NCBI GenBank assembly: GCA_041750285.1
Contig: JBGSZS010000009.1
Coordinates: forward strand, 64,001 to 128,000
Direction: 5' to 3'
Source of the DNA: Candidatus Fermentibacteraceae bacterium
Lineage (GTDB): Bacteria > Fermentibacterota > Fermentibacteria > Fermentibacterales > JCC-6
Length of the DNA: 64,000 bases
Within the stretch, counting starts at the first letter, position 1; each line of letters begins with the position of its first letter. The translations under genes were made by a program, and so were the position numbers. Below, in pieces: positions 28,113 to 37,780 of this stretch. The notes under the pieces were generated by a model. The model did no database searches, was not told where the DNA came from, and saw nothing but the letters and a program-made list of their open reading frames with translations.

Positions 28113-29561
28113 CTACCTGACCACCACGAACCTTCTGGACTCGGTTTCTCCATCGCGTCCGGCAACAACGGTGTAAACCCCCGCGGGGAGACCGCTGACA
28201 TCGAGGGTCAGGTCACGGGAACCGGTCGCAGTGAGAACGGTCCTTCCCGCGGTGTCAAGCACCCTGAGGTTCGTGCCCTCAACCGTTCCCTGAACATGAA
28301 CGGCCGTCGAAGCGGGGTTGGGAAACACCGCGATGGTTCCGTAATGAGCACCGGGGGCTGTTCCCGAACCCTGGGTCCTGTACACGACAAGGTTGGTTCC
28401 GTTGCCGGTCATGGCCATGTACCCTGGAAAGCCCAGGGCGGGGCCCGAGTAGTAGTTGTACGGGAATGGCTCCTGCCACAGCACATCTAGGTCGGCAGAG
28501 AGGGCGTGGAGCCTTCCGCCGGCGGCGATGCCGTCGGTCACGAACAGGGTGCCGTCAGCTGCAATGGTTATCCGCGGGTCAATGTTCTCTGCAAGCACGG
28601 GGGATTCGTTAAGGATTGCTCCCGTGCCCGGGTCGAGGCGGACCAGTGTGCTGCCCGATGCTCCCACGAAATAGAGCGTCCCGTCCGGTCCGGCGCCGAA
28701 ATTCGCGGTTGAGCCGACTCCGTCGGCGGCCGTGGCGGTGGCCGCGGTCCAGATCAGGCTGAATCCGGTTCCCGTATCGGAGTAGGCCCTTATCTCCCCG
28801 GTTCCATCCCTTATCACGAACACCCTGCCCTCGCCGTCCGCCATCAGGGGAACCTCCTGGTCGCCGTGACCTGGAAGCGCACCGGTCTCGTAGAGCTTGA
28901 GCCCGGTGGCAAGGTCGTAGGCAACCAGCTTTTTATCGGTGTTGATGAAGCCCTCGAAGCCGTAGACCCTGTCCTCCGTCACGCAAAGATACTCTGCGCC
29001 GGTGTTGGGGATGTTCCTGGGGGTGGACCATACGGTGGCCCCGGAAACCCTGTCTATCCTGTGAACATGTGTGTTGGATGGAAGGATGAGATCGCCCCCG
29101 CCGGCAAAGGATGCCATGTGGGCGATGCTGAACCGGACCAGGGCGTCGGCTTTCCACAGCCTGACACCTGTGGCCGGATCGTAGGCGCAGACCGTGTCGC
29201 CCGAGCCGTTCTCCTGGTAGTTCACGATGTAAAGGGCCCCGTCACGGAAACCGATGGGCAATGTTCGGCTGTTGGGGCCGGTGAGGTCAAGGTTCCAAAG
29301 CTCCTGCCCGGTCTCGAGATCGTAGACGACCGTTGGTGAAACGTTCACGGTCTGAAAGCGCATCGTCGCCAGATAGCCGTTCCAGATGTAGATCTGACAC
29401 CCGAAAAGGGTGTTGAAGGTCGTGCCCTGCCATAGAACCTCGGGCGCGTCGGGACCCGTGACGTCCCCCATCCCGTTGTGCAGGGGATTGCCTCCCGCGC
29501 ATGGCCATGCGGCCCGGAGAGCAGATGAAAGTGCAAGGATCGTGAATAAGGGTGTTCTCAT
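28113..29561 (-). CDS. Secreted PQQ-like beta-propeller protein with T9SS-type C-terminal sorting domain
   Basis: Signal peptide MRTPLFTILALSSALRA; repeated AYDxxTG..W blades; C-terminal VFPNP...LDTAGRTV...LDVSGLPAGVY...RRFVVVR. Confidence 0.82.
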   Translation of the reverse strand: MRTPLFTILALSSALRAAWPCAGGNPLHNGMGDVTGPDAPEVLWQGTTFNTLFGCQIYIWNGYLATMRFQTVNVSPTVVYDLETGQELWNLDLTGPNSRTLPIGFRDGALYIVNYQENGSGDTVCAYDPATGVRLWKADALVRFSIAHMASFAGGGDLILPSNTHVHRIDRVSGATVWSTPRNIPNTGAEYLCVTEDRVYGFEGFINTDKKLVAYDLATGLKLYETGALPGHGDQEVPLMADGEGRVFVIRDGTGEIRAYSDTGTGFSLIWTAATATAADGVGSTANFGAGPDGTLYFVGASGSTLVRLDPGTGAILNESPVLAENIDPRITIAADGTLFVTDGIAAGGRLHALSADLDVLWQEPFPYNYYSGPALGFPGYMAMTGNGTNLVVYRTQGSGTAPGAHYGTIAVFPNPASTAVHVQGTVEGTNLRVLDTAGRTVLTATGSRDLTLDVSGLPAGVYTVVAGRDGETESRRFVVVR

Positions 29562-29697
29562 TTTCCTCCCCCGTTCTTTTTCGTTGAAGGAATATTGCCG
29601 GCCGGGCTCTCCGTGAAAAACACCCCGGGCTACCCGTTTCGCCAATCCTGCCCCATATATGCAGGTAGGGTTCGAAAGCTCGTGAGAAGGTGACTTC

Positions 29698-30090
29698 ATG
29701 GATTCAGGTCTTTCAGCAAGGGCTGAGCGCACACTGCACTCTGAAACTGCGGGAATTACCCGGCAGGACGTGGCAAAGGCGCTTGACCATCAGGGTCCCA
29801 TCCTGAAAAAGGTTCTGGGCAGCAGGCATCTTGCGGAGTTCCTCAAGGATGTGGAACTTCTCTTCGAACTGCTCCGCGACAATCTCGCCAAACGCTACAC
29901 GAGAGTTCCGTGGCGCACCATCGCAGCTGCGGCTGCGACCCTTTTGTACATTCTGAACCCCTTCGACATCGTTCCCGACTTCATACCCGGGCTTGGCTAC
30001 GTCGACGACGGCATGGTTGTCATGCTGGCGATGAAACTGGTGGGAAAAGACCTTGAGAAGTACAAGCTGTGGCGGCGGTCGCAGACCTGA
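29698..30090 (+). CDS. YkvA family (DUF1232) protein
   Basis: LLYILNPFDIVPDFIPGLGYVDD signature. Confidence 0.9.
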   Translation: MDSGLSARAERTLHSETAGITRQDVAKALDHQGPILKKVLGSRHLAEFLKDVELLFELLRDNLAKRYTRVPWRTIAAAAATLLYILNPFDIVPDFIPGLGYVDDGMVVMLAMKLVGKDLEKYKLWRRSQT

Positions 30091-30130
30091 TCCACTTCCC
30101 CCCGACCCTCATCCCTGCTATTGTTTTGAC

Positions 30131-32629
30131 ATGCTGAAACAGAAAGTCGTACTTGTCCTGGCAGTTGCCGTCACCGCGGCGGTGCTTCTCGTGTTCTTGC
30201 ATGAATACTCCAAGCTGCGTACTTTCACGCGCATGGGCGACATGTGGAGCCTCGTGCATCTGCGGAACGAAATGCCCTCGATCTTCACCGAGGTTGACAC
30301 GCTCGACTTCCCTGAACCACCGTATCCGGCGCCCTTCGACACGCTGCTGAGCGTGAACGGCCTTCCCGCAACCCTTTCCGACTACTTCACAGTCTTCAAC
30401 CCCCAGAGGGCCGTGGGTGACACGATACCAATAACATTCAGTCACGGTGGTGAGGTCCTGACGACAAGCATCGTCACGCGCTCCACGCCAATGGGATACA
30501 GACTTCTCACACAGGCCAGCTTCGCCCTCAGGGTGCTGATCGCGTTCGGTTACTTCGCCATTGCCTACATCGGGCTCCTCAAACGGAAGCCATCGTCCAC
30601 CGTACGGTCACTGGTGATGTTCAGCCTGGCAATGACAGCGTCACTCGCCGTGGCCTGGGGCTCCATCGCCGACGGGTACGCCACGTTCACGCTGCCTCCC
30701 ACTGTCAGGATCATTCTCTGGTGCTTCGCACAGTTCTCCTGGGCTTTCCTCCTCAAGCTGGCCGTGGTTTTCCCGAGGGAGAACGCCTCGAACAGAAGGA
30801 AGGCCATCGGAGCGCTTCTTTTCGTGCCTCCCGCGGTTATCGCAGTGATGGGGTTCATTCAGCTCTCGGGTGGCATCGAGCCGGAAAACGATGGTCTCCC
30901 GGGCTCCATTTTCATCACGCTCTACTGCCTCCTGTCACTTGCGCTTCTGTTCCGTTCATCCCGGCGGCTGTCTGACCCGGTCGAACGGCGCCAGGTTCGC
31001 ATCGTCCTTATGGGCGCTCTTCCGGGCCTTGCGGGACAGGTCGCCCTGATCTGGCTCTTTGCGCTTTTCATCCCCATTGCGCTCGTACCGTATTCCACCA
31101 GGCTGATGATAGGGAACGGTCTTTTCGTCCTGCTCGCACTGCTTCCCGCGTCTTTCCTGTACTCGATCCGCCGCTACAGGCTGATGGCGCTCGAAGCCCG
31201 GATAAAGCGCAGCACCCGATTCCTGGGCGTGAACCTGCTTCTGCTTGCCGGCCTGATAGGCATGCTGTGGCTGTTCGCCGAACTGGTGCTTTCCCGCATG
31301 AACGTTACCAACCAGACCCCCACGCTCGTACTGGGACTTCTTCTTGCCCTGGGGTTCGGCCCCACGCAGCGCCTGATCCGAATCCGCCTCGAAGAGCGGT
31401 TCTTCCCTGAGAGAGTGAAACTGCGGATACTTCTCCGCGATTTCCTGGCCTCGGGAATGGCCAGGTCAGGTGCGGGTGTTTTCTGGACCGAACTTGAATT
31501 CAGGCTCGGGGAGGGCTTGGGCGCCCGTGACATCGTCCCCGTCCTTCTCCGCAACGGAAGCTGTGTAGAGGCTGTTTCAGGCGATCCGGCCCCCTTCAGC
31601 ACAACCGACACTCTTCTCCGCGACCTGACGGGAACGGGTCAGCCGTTGCCGCTTGATGAGATCCTGGCCAGTGGAAGGTTCGACCTTACTGATGAACAGG
31701 TCCACTGGTTCCAGAGCCGTTCGGCTGCCCTGCTGATGCCTCTCTGTACCGGCGAGGGACTTCTGGGGTTCGTCGCAGTTGGCGGAAAGACGAGCGGGGA
31801 GGACTACACTTCCGACGAACTCGAGATACTGTCGGCTCTTTCGGGTCAGATGAGCCTGGTGGTCGAGAACCTCGAACTCCTCGAGGAAAGGGTCAGGAAA
31901 GAGGCTCTTGAAAGCCAGATGGACCTCGCCCGCACCGTTCAGAAAAGGCTTCTTCCCGTAAGCCTTCCCGTAGTGCCGGGCTGTGAACTGGCCGCCCGTA
32001 TCAAGCCATGCCTCGACGTGGCAGGCGACTACTACGACGCATTCATGTTCCAGGACAACAGGCTTCTTGTGGCCGTGGGGGATGTGTCAGGCAAGGGAAT
32101 GGGGCCAGCCCTGATCATGGCGAACCTCCAGGCATCGATGCGAACCGCCCTGCAGGCCGGCCTCTCCCTCGATGCTGCGCTTGAAACGATCAACCACATG
32201 GTGTTCGAGAACACGCCCGACGACATGTTCATCACCCTTTTCGCCGCTTGTTACTCACCCTTGGAAGGCAGGCTGTCCTTCGTGAACGCCGGCCACAACC
32301 CTCCCATGCTCTTCCGGAGTTCGGGAGAGACCACGCTCCTGAGCGAGGGGGGGCTTCTTCTTGGTGTTCAGACCGGGGTCGACTACACGACCGGTGTCGT
32401 GAACTGCTCGCCCGGCGACACCCTGCTGCTTTACACCGACGGGGTGACCGAGGCCATGAACCCCGAGGGCCTCGAGTTCGGAGAAGAACGCCTTCGCTCG
32501 ACCGTTTCGGCGAACATCGGGCTGCCCCTCGAAGAGCTTCTCGCTCTCATAGAGAAAGAGGCTGCAGCATTTCAGGGAACCGATGACTTCTCCGACGACT
32601 TCACCCTGCTCGCTCTGCGAAAGACATGA
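30131..32629 (+). CDS. Membrane SpoIIE/RsbU-type PP2C phosphatase (PDZ-like, multi-TM, GAF, PP2C)
   Basis: VAGDYYD, GDVSGKG, MFIT, NAGHNPP, YTDGVTEA, DDFTL motifs. Confidence 0.9.
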   Translation: MLKQKVVLVLAVAVTAAVLLVFLHEYSKLRTFTRMGDMWSLVHLRNEMPSIFTEVDTLDFPEPPYPAPFDTLLSVNGLPATLSDYFTVFNPQRAVGDTIPITFSHGGEVLTTSIVTRSTPMGYRLLTQASFALRVLIAFGYFAIAYIGLLKRKPSSTVRSLVMFSLAMTASLAVAWGSIADGYATFTLPPTVRIILWCFAQFSWAFLLKLAVVFPRENASNRRKAIGALLFVPPAVIAVMGFIQLSGGIEPENDGLPGSIFITLYCLLSLALLFRSSRRLSDPVERRQVRIVLMGALPGLAGQVALIWLFALFIPIALVPYSTRLMIGNGLFVLLALLPASFLYSIRRYRLMALEARIKRSTRFLGVNLLLLAGLIGMLWLFAELVLSRMNVTNQTPTLVLGLLLALGFGPTQRLIRIRLEERFFPERVKLRILLRDFLASGMARSGAGVFWTELEFRLGEGLGARDIVPVLLRNGSCVEAVSGDPAPFSTTDTLLRDLTGTGQPLPLDEILASGRFDLTDEQVHWFQSRSAALLMPLCTGEGLLGFVAVGGKTSGEDYTSDELEILSALSGQMSLVVENLELLEERVRKEALESQMDLARTVQKRLLPVSLPVVPGCELAARIKPCLDVAGDYYDAFMFQDNRLLVAVGDVSGKGMGPALIMANLQASMRTALQAGLSLDAALETINHMVFENTPDDMFITLFAACYSPLEGRLSFVNAGHNPPMLFRSSGETTLLSEGGLLLGVQTGVDYTTGVVNCSPGDTLLLYTDGVTEAMNPEGLEFGEERLRSTVSANIGLPLEELLALIEKEAAAFQGTDDFSDDFTLLALRKT

Positions 32630-32638
32630 ACAGGGGTT

Positions 32639-34405
32639 TCAGAACGGCCAGAACCTGAGGATGGCTGGAATGGATGCCGCCAGAACGACGATGGTCAGCG
32701 GAAGGCCGGGCTTCCAGTAGTCTCCGAACCGGTACCCGCCCGGACCCATCACCAGGGTGTTGGACTGGTGCCCCACGGGTGTCATGAACGCGGCAGAGGC
32801 GCTCACTGCCACGGCCATCAGGAAAGGGTCGGGGGAGAGAGCGAGCCCGCGGGCGATCCCGATGGCTATCGGAGCCATGAGAACGGCGGTGGCAGCGTTG
32901 TTGATGATGTTGGTGAGAAGGATGGTCATCACCATCAGTGCCGCCAGGGTAAGAGCGGGGGGAATGTGTCCCGCAAGAAGCAGAAGCAGTCCCGCTATGC
33001 TCTCCGCGCCGCCGGTCGTCTCGAGCGCTTCTCCGACAGGTATGAGGGCGCCCAGCATGACGATAACCGGCCATTCGATGCTTTCGTAGAGCTTTCTGAG
33101 GGACACAAGACCCGCGAGCACCATGACCACCGCGGCAATGACCAGAGCGATCTGAACCTTCAGCCAGCCAAAGGCGATGACGATCAGGGCGGCCCCGAAA
33201 ATGCCCACTGCCGGCAGTATACGGGTTTTGTCGCCCAGTCTGAGGTCACGCCCGGCAAGGGGAAGGCAGCCCAGAGAGGTAAACGTGTCCTGTATGCCTT
33301 CGGCCACCGCCTGCAGAAGCAGTATGTCTCCGCCCCTGAAACGGATGTCGCCAAGCCTGTGAGTGAGCTTCTTGCCCTGACGGGCCACTCCGAGAAGATT
33401 GGTTCCGAAGCGGTTCCTCATGTCAACGCTTCTTGCCGTCCTGCCCGCGATGTACGAATCCGGCATCACGACCACTTCGTACAGGCTAACCCTGTCCGAA
33501 CCCGGCAGACGGTTCGCGCCCTTTCCGGCAAGCTCAAGTCTGCCGTGCTTGGCAAAATCACCGAGGAGTTCGGGATCTGCCTCGACGACGAGAATGTCGT
33601 TCTCGTTCACCCGATCATGTGCCCTGGGCGCAGGGATCCTCGCACCGTCCCTCACCATGGCCAGGACCAGTATGTCCCATTTGCCCAGGGAAGCAAGTTC
33701 GCCGAGTGTCCTTCCAATGAACCGTGAACCGGGAAGAACCTTCAATTCGCTTATGTACTCCTCGATCCGGAACAGCTCCCTCTCATCCCGGCCGGTGGCC
33801 CGCCTGGGCAAAAGCCTCCAGCCGAACAGACCCAGCAGGAACACCCCTGCCAGGGCGGCCGCGAGTCCCACCGGCAGGAAATCGAACATGAGGAAGGGCT
33901 TGCCCAGCTCCTCCACCCTGAAAAGGGAGATGATGATGTTGGGCGGGGTGCCGATGAGGGTGGTCATGCCTCCGAGAAGCGAGCCGAAAGCCAGGGGCAT
34001 GAGGTACAGGGAGGGGCTGCGATTGCTTCGCCTGGCCATCCTGAGTGCCACGGGCAGGAAAAGCGCCAGGGCGCCGACATTGTTCATGAAACCTGAAAAC
34101 AGTGTGACAAGGCAAGTGAGAACGAGGACCTGGATCGTCAGGCTCTTTCCCAGACGCATGAGGTTCCTCGCGAAATAGTCCACGATGCCCGAATGGAGAA
34201 GACCGCGGCTGATTATGAGGACCGCGGCCACAGTAACGACGGCCGGGTGGCCGAAACCCGCGAACGCCTGGTCGGGGTCCACGACACCCGCCGCCACGAG
34301 GACGATCAGGGCGATGACTGCCGTGACGTCGTAGCGGATGCTGCTTTTTATGAAGAGGTAGAGGGAGAGAGCGATTACCGCGAAAACAACGATCTGCTCC
34401 GCCAT
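32639..34405 (-). CDS. SLC13 family permease with TrkA-C domains
   Basis: SGFMNN, LGGMTTLIGTPPN, two TrkA-C repeats, NNAATA, FMTPVGHQSN. Confidence 0.92.
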   Translation of the reverse strand: MAEQIVVFAVIALSLYLFIKSSIRYDVTAVIALIVLVAAGVVDPDQAFAGFGHPAVVTVAAVLIISRGLLHSGIVDYFARNLMRLGKSLTIQVLVLTCLVTLFSGFMNNVGALALFLPVALRMARRSNRSPSLYLMPLAFGSLLGGMTTLIGTPPNIIISLFRVEELGKPFLMFDFLPVGLAAALAGVFLLGLFGWRLLPRRATGRDERELFRIEEYISELKVLPGSRFIGRTLGELASLGKWDILVLAMVRDGARIPAPRAHDRVNENDILVVEADPELLGDFAKHGRLELAGKGANRLPGSDRVSLYEVVVMPDSYIAGRTARSVDMRNRFGTNLLGVARQGKKLTHRLGDIRFRGGDILLLQAVAEGIQDTFTSLGCLPLAGRDLRLGDKTRILPAVGIFGAALIVIAFGWLKVQIALVIAAVVMVLAGLVSLRKLYESIEWPVIVMLGALIPVGEALETTGGAESIAGLLLLLAGHIPPALTLAALMVMTILLTNIINNAATAVLMAPIAIGIARGLALSPDPFLMAVAVSASAAFMTPVGHQSNTLVMGPGGYRFGDYWKPGLPLTIVVLAASIPAILRFWPF

Positions 34406-34469
34406 GCTTCTCCTTGGGTTTCGGCTGCGGAAACCTACCCCGGGGAGGGAGCGGGTGCAAGCTCGGGAA

Positions 34470-34775
34470 TCACACCGGTTCGGTCAGGGTGGCCAGAACG
34501 GCAAGGGCGGAAGTGACGATTCCGAGAACTCCGTTCATGGCCCGGTCTGCCTGCGTCTTCTGCTGCAGGTACAGTGCGAGTTCGGCCGAGCAGTTCTCGA
34601 GGTCTTCGACGAGGGCCGCCAGTGCTGCGGAGTCGCATGTAAGCCTTCTGGTTATGAGCGCGTCCCGAACGCGGGAAAGCGCCGTCATTCTTGACCGGGC
34701 CTCACGGGCGTGTTCCGGGTGCCCCTCTGCGAGAAGGCGCATTTCGGCTGCACGGAGCTTCTCGATCAATCGCAT
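34470..34775 (-). CDS. Hypothetical 101-aa helical protein with hydrophobic C-terminus
   Basis: ATG 34775 with GAGG RBS, 7 nt downstream of the previous frame's stop. Confidence 0.55.
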   Translation of the reverse strand: MRLIEKLRAAEMRLLAEGHPEHAREARSRMTALSRVRDALITRRLTCDSAALAALVEDLENCSAELALYLQQKTQADRAMNGVLGIVTSALAVLATLTEPV

Positions 34776-34782
34776 CAGAGCC

Positions 34783-35604
34783 TCAATCAGTCCCGTGTTC
34801 AAACTCCCCCATCCTTTCTGCGAACTCGATGAGGCCAACAGAGAGCGCTTCGGTTCCAAGGACGGCGGCTGTTTCGCGGTGGGCCGCGGCCAGCGCCGTC
34901 CAGGCGGCCCGGGCCTTTTCCAGCCCGGCGATGATGGCCGTCGTCCTGGAGTTCAGCGCCAGCAGCTCGCGTACCTGAGCCTCGGGATTACCCATGGTGA
35001 CGATCCTCCGGACGAGCCTTGCCGACATGTCCTGGTAGGCGGCCCCGACAGCGAGCGAGATGTCGCCCAGCGCCGATGATGCCGCGACGCAGAGGCTGTC
35101 CACCCCCGGGGCCGCACCGAGCATTGCCTGGCGAAGTTGTTCCGTGTCGCATTCGAGAACGCCCTGTTAAACAAGAACAGCCGCTGCGGACGCAAGAGGG
35201 CCGGAAAGGGGGATCGATGCGATCTCCCATATCGCTTCCGTGGCACGGGATGGTCTGGTTATCATGCTGAGAAGACCCGTGTACCGGCCCATGGAGACTG
35301 CTGCGTCGCATGCGGTCCGACCGGCCCCGGCCACGGCGCCCGGCAGGCCCCGGTCGGCCGGGATCAGACCGTGTGAATCGGATTGAACCAGAAGCATTCC
35401 CCCGAGGGCTTCTATGTCGCCCTCGCACGCCTTCTGAACGCTGTTGTCGTCCACCAGGGCGACTGCCTCCGCCACCGCGGTCTCTGTCAAACGGCCCAGA
35501 GAGACCGTGCTGTCGTGAAGGATGAGCAGATCTGAGGAATCGCGGGTTGCGCATCCGGCGAATACGGCAAGTGTAAGGACGATAATTGTGATTACTCTTT
35601 TCAT
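34783..35604 (-). pseudogene. Lipoprotein gene interrupted by an in-frame TAA (35167-35169)
   Basis: MKRVITIIVLTLAVFAG-C lipobox. After ...SAAAVLV* the same frame continues QGVLECDTEQLRQAMLGAAPG... to 34783 (273 aa if read through). Confidence 0.6.
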
Positions 35605-35611
35605 GACGTCA

Positions 35612-35639
35612 ATATTACACCATTGCCGTAAAAGGGCAA
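35612..35639 (-). promoter_or_regulatory. Putative promoter for the lipoprotein gene (leaderless geometry)
   Basis: TTGCCC-N16-TAATAT, 7 nt before ATG 35604, no SD. Confidence 0.45.
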
Positions 35640-35698
35640 GCGGACCTTGTAGCGCAGGCCGTCCGGGGATATGCTTGGAGAACCGCAAGGGGGCAGGA

Positions 35699-37105
35699 TT
35701 GATTTCGACACACGAACCCCGGACCCGTGGGGCCGGTATTCTCATGCACCCGACCAGCCTGCAGGGTGAGTGGGGAATAGGCACCCTGGGCGCCGAGTGC
35801 GCAGAGTTTCTGGACTGGGCCGCAGACGCGGGCTTCACCTGGTGGCAAATGCTGCCGCTGAATCCCACGGGCTACGGGAACAGCCCCTACCAGCCACTCT
35901 CATCCTTCGCGTGCAACCCCCTGCTCATCTCCCCGGGCGAACTCCACGCCGAAGGGCTGCTTACCCGTGATGAAACTGCCGCTGCCAGGAGCCGCTCAGG
36001 GTCACGGGTTGAATGGGGGGAGCTTCTTCCCGGGAGAAACGGGCTTGTACTCCGTGCCGCCTCGCGGGCATTGGGACTCAACCCAGCCGGTTTCGGGGAG
36101 TTCTGCGGAAGGAACGCGGACTGGCTGATGCCCTGGGCAAGATACGCCACCCTGAAGGATCTCAACTGCGGTAAATCCTGGAACAGGTGGATCGAACGCA
36201 CGGAAGCTCCCGATCTGGAGGGTGCGCACATGATGGCGCAGTTCCTTTTCCGGAACCAGTGGACCAGCTGCCGCGAACACTGCCGAATGAACGGGATTCG
36301 GATCCTTGGCGACCTTCCGATCTACACCGCCCTTGACAGCGCCGACGTGTGGTCAAATCCCGGGCTGTTCCGGCTTGACCGGTCGGGGGCTCCCCTCGCA
36401 GTGGCCGGGGTCCCGCCCGACTACTTCTCTTCCACCGGGCAGCTCTGGGGCAACCCGCTCTACGACTGGGAGGCTCACCGGAAAGAGGGTTACAGGTGGT
36501 GGTCGCTGAGGCTTGGCAGGGCCATGGAGCTTTTCCACAAGGTCAGGATCGATCACTTCAGGGCTTTCTGCGATTACTGGGAAGTCCCCGCCGGCGCGGT
36601 AACAGCGCGTGAAGGCGCGTGGAGGCAGGGTCCCGGAAAGGCCTTCTTCGACTGCGTGTCCGGGAATCTCGGGGCAAGGCTTCCCATAGTGGCGGAGGAC
36701 CTGGGAATGATAACCCCCGATGTGCGGAAACTGAGGGAGGACCTTGGCTTTCCAGGGATGCTCGTACTGCAGTTCGCACTTTCCGACCCCTGCTTCAAAC
36801 CCTCCGGGATCCCCCGCGAAACCGTTCTTTACACCGGAACCCACGACAATGACACCACAGCCGGATGGACAGGGTCAGGAGGAACGGGTTACGACCTTGA
36901 CGGTGTCGTCAACATCGCACTGCGTTCGCCCGCAGATCTTTGCGTCTTCCCCGTTCAGGATCTCCTGGGGCTGGGCAGCGATTCCCGCATGAACACACCA
37001 GGAACCGACCGGGGGAACTGGAGCTTCAGGCTGGTGCCGGGTGCCCTGAATCCGAAAGAGGCCGCACGATGGAGACGGAACATCAAAGCTGCAGGACGGG
37101 CTTGA
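35699..37105 (+). CDS. malQ: 4-alpha-glucanotransferase (amylomaltase, GH77)
   Basis: GILMHPTSL, WQMLPL, SPY, GDLPIY, GVPPDYFS.TGQLWGNP, RIDHFR, AEDLG, YTGTHDNDT, RMNTPG. Confidence 0.96.
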   Translation: MISTHEPRTRGAGILMHPTSLQGEWGIGTLGAECAEFLDWAADAGFTWWQMLPLNPTGYGNSPYQPLSSFACNPLLISPGELHAEGLLTRDETAAARSRSGSRVEWGELLPGRNGLVLRAASRALGLNPAGFGEFCGRNADWLMPWARYATLKDLNCGKSWNRWIERTEAPDLEGAHMMAQFLFRNQWTSCREHCRMNGIRILGDLPIYTALDSADVWSNPGLFRLDRSGAPLAVAGVPPDYFSSTGQLWGNPLYDWEAHRKEGYRWWSLRLGRAMELFHKVRIDHFRAFCDYWEVPAGAVTAREGAWRQGPGKAFFDCVSGNLGARLPIVAEDLGMITPDVRKLREDLGFPGMLVLQFALSDPCFKPSGIPRETVLYTGTHDNDTTAGWTGSGGTGYDLDGVVNIALRSPADLCVFPVQDLLGLGSDSRMNTPGTDRGNWSFRLVPGALNPKEAARWRRNIKAAGRA

Positions 37106-37155
37106 CGCAAGCCACCATCGGACAGTATCTACATGCTGTGAAGTGACGGAGGTGC

Positions 37156-37761
37156 ATGGTGCAAGTGATCATTCTTTTAATGACAGTTACTGCACAGATT
37201 TCGGCTCCCATTGATGGTATAACTACCAGTGGGTCCTCATCTCTCATAATAAACGAGTTCATGGTGCTCCCCGAAGCCAGTTTAACCGAGCTCAAGGGGC
37301 AGTACGTTGAGATATTCAACAGAAGCAATGAATGGGTGAACCTTGCGGGATGGTCACTCGAAAACCACCAGGGGGACATCTTCTACTTCGGCAGCTACAT
37401 GCTCCCCCCTGCGGCCTACTTCGTTGTAGGCGCCTGCGCCCTCAGCAGCGAGAACGGCGGCTACTCGCCAAACGCGGTGTGGAATTCATTCATGCTTTCA
37501 CGGTATGGCGAGGTCACCATCTACTCCCCAAACCGCGATTTCGCTGACAGTGTCGACTGGGATGCAACCTGGCCCGTATGCAGCGGGGCTTCCTGCGAAC
37601 GGATCAACCCGGGCTGGGAATCGGGCCTTTCCTCGAGCTGGGGGGCAAGCGTCTACACGTTCGGACAGGGAGACTACGGCACACCGGGTCAGCAGAACAG
37701 CGTCTATTCCAATTCCTTCGTTCAGAACAGCTGGGCCTTCATAAAGGCATTCATAGAATAG
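37156..37761 (+). CDS. Secreted lamin-tail-domain (LTD) protein
   Basis: GGAGG RBS, signal-like N-terminus, LIINEFM, YVEIFN, VNLAGWSL, SCERINP, GTPGQQNS; C-terminal SWAFIKAF motif. Confidence 0.82.
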   Translation: MVQVIILLMTVTAQISAPIDGITTSGSSSLIINEFMVLPEASLTELKGQYVEIFNRSNEWVNLAGWSLENHQGDIFYFGSYMLPPAAYFVVGACALSSENGGYSPNAVWNSFMLSRYGEVTIYSPNRDFADSVDWDATWPVCSGASCERINPGWESGLSSSWGASVYTFGQGDYGTPGQQNSVYSNSFVQNSWAFIKAFIE

Positions 37762-37780
37762 CGCCGCCCCTTCTCACAGA

